A stretch of DNA of 64,000 nt, from positions 42,167 to 106,166 of the forward strand of contig JAADVB010000033.1 in NCBI GenBank assembly GCA_023334545.1, written 5' to 3'. Both the position numbers and the translations under genes were made by a program. This stretch comes from Salisapilia sapeloensis CBS 127946. Taxonomy: Eukaryota > Protista > Oomycota. Position 1 is the stretch's first letter; every line of letters begins with the position of its first letter. The notes under the pieces are model-generated. The model was not told where the DNA came from and did not search any database. It was given only the letters and a program-made list of their open reading frames with translations. Positions 63,070 through 64,000 of this stretch are shown in pieces.

Positions 63070-64000
63070 CTAGTTTCGGGCATCAAAGCCCTCGAGGATA
63101 GTGCTCCGAATGACGTCATCTCCATTCTTGCCGCTGATAACCATCGGCATGATGGATGCAATTTTGGATTGGATTGCAATCCGTTTCTTTCGAAAATCGA
63201 ATCGACGCTTTTCGGTCAAATTGGCTGCCGCACTGCCCTCGGCTTCCGCATTTTGCTTAATGACTGCAGCCTCACGCTTCGCAGCAGTGATCGTGGCCTC
63301 TCCTTTAATCCTTGCCACTTCGACGTATTGATTGTAATCTCGTTTAAGGTTACTCAATCCCACGACTGGCATTGCTTTGGCCTTTAATGCCTCCGTCTCA
63401 GCAGCAGCGACAGCAGTGTCCTTCATGCCTTCCGCATCCTTAATACGATTGAGACACTTCGATTGCTCTTTGGCAAGAGCAACCTCTGCTTTGGCTTCGG
63501 CCACCGTTCGCATTTCGTCTTTTTTAATGATGGTACGAGCCTTTTCGGCCAGCAAGTCTTGAACATAACGGTCATTTTCCTTTTCGAGACCAGCTAATTT
63601 TCTTGTTTCGTTGTTCACGAGTACACGCAGTTGACTTTCGTGATTCTTCTCTTGCTCTTCCATCTTGGTCTTGTATGCTGTGGTGGCCTCCAGCGTCTCT
63701 GACAAGGCAGCTGGGAGAGCAACGTTGGTCACTTTGACGTTGTGAATGAGCACGCCGAATTCATTCATCTTTGCGTTAAGGTCGCTTTTCATTCCAATTG
63801 CAAACTCTTCACGGAGATCATGCACTTGGTCATGACGAACAGAATTCACAAGACCTCGAATCGACTCTTGTGTGATACTGTACAGCCACTCGTCCAAACG
63901 ATTAGCTCCCAAAGTGTACACAAACTTGACCACGTCTTCTTCATTCGGACCAATTTGGAGACTGATAGATACGTCGATGTCTATCATTACGTTATCGCTA
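63070..64000 (-). CDS. SPFH/Band-7 domain protein (5'-truncated by window edge)
   Basis: SDNVMIDIDVSI, ITQESIRGLV and FGVLIHNVKVTNVALP, followed by an A/E-rich coiled coil; the frame is open to the window end. Confidence 0.8.
   Translation of the reverse strand, partial: SDNVMIDIDVSISLQIGPNEEDVVKFVYTLGANRLDEWLYSITQESIRGLVNSVRHDQVHDLREEFAIGMKSDLNAKMNEFGVLIHNVKVTNVALPAALSETLEATTAYKTKMEEQEKNHESQLRVLVNNETRKLAGLEKENDRYVQDLLAEKARTIIKKDEMRTVAEAKAEVALAKEQSKCLNRIKDAEGMKDTAVAAAETEALKAKAMPVVGLSNLKRDYNQYVEVARIKGEATITAAKREAAVIKQNAEAEGSAAANLTEKRRFDFRKKRIAIQSKIASIMPMVISGKNGDDVIRSTILEGFDARN

Noticed and set aside
1-64000. CRISPR arrays, prokaryotic operons or defence systems, intact transposase/RT genes, selenoprotein or frameshift signals
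   Set aside because: None seen. The discontinuities between ORFs that I traced are explained by canonical GT-AG introns.

Overview
Eukaryotic nuclear DNA, most consistent with a zoosporic oomycete (stramenopile). The evidence is short GT-AG introns (about 35-70 nt), CCAAT-type promoter boxes, a eukaryote-type tRNA-Ile(AAU), and oomycete-style fusion proteins; the species cannot be determined. The window is very compact, with about 25 protein-coding genes and only one large gap (10.0-12.3 kb), which holds three tRNA genes. Housekeeping genes include GatA, RPL28, CENP-X, ribokinase, Tim22, the RNA Pol I largest subunit and an ECHDC1-like enzyme. No intact transposon or CRISPR array was found. 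The main observations are unusual protein architectures. (1) A kinesin-3-like motor carries an IFT54/TRAF3IP1-type CH domain nested inside a split F5/8 domain. (2) A 7TM-nucleotide-cyclase fusion, split into two ORFs by the ORF track, has a degenerate cyclase active site. (3) RPA1 has a Tudor-like insert. (4) A PH-FYVE-DEP PI4-kinase lies head-to-head with a PH-PX protein. (5) A nuclear tRNA-Asn with bacterial GatCAB-type determinants lies near a GatA gene. (6) A 4464-aa HECT ligase has about six CUB-like modules. Splice models and coordinates were derived by hand and domain calls by motif recognition; no searches were run.
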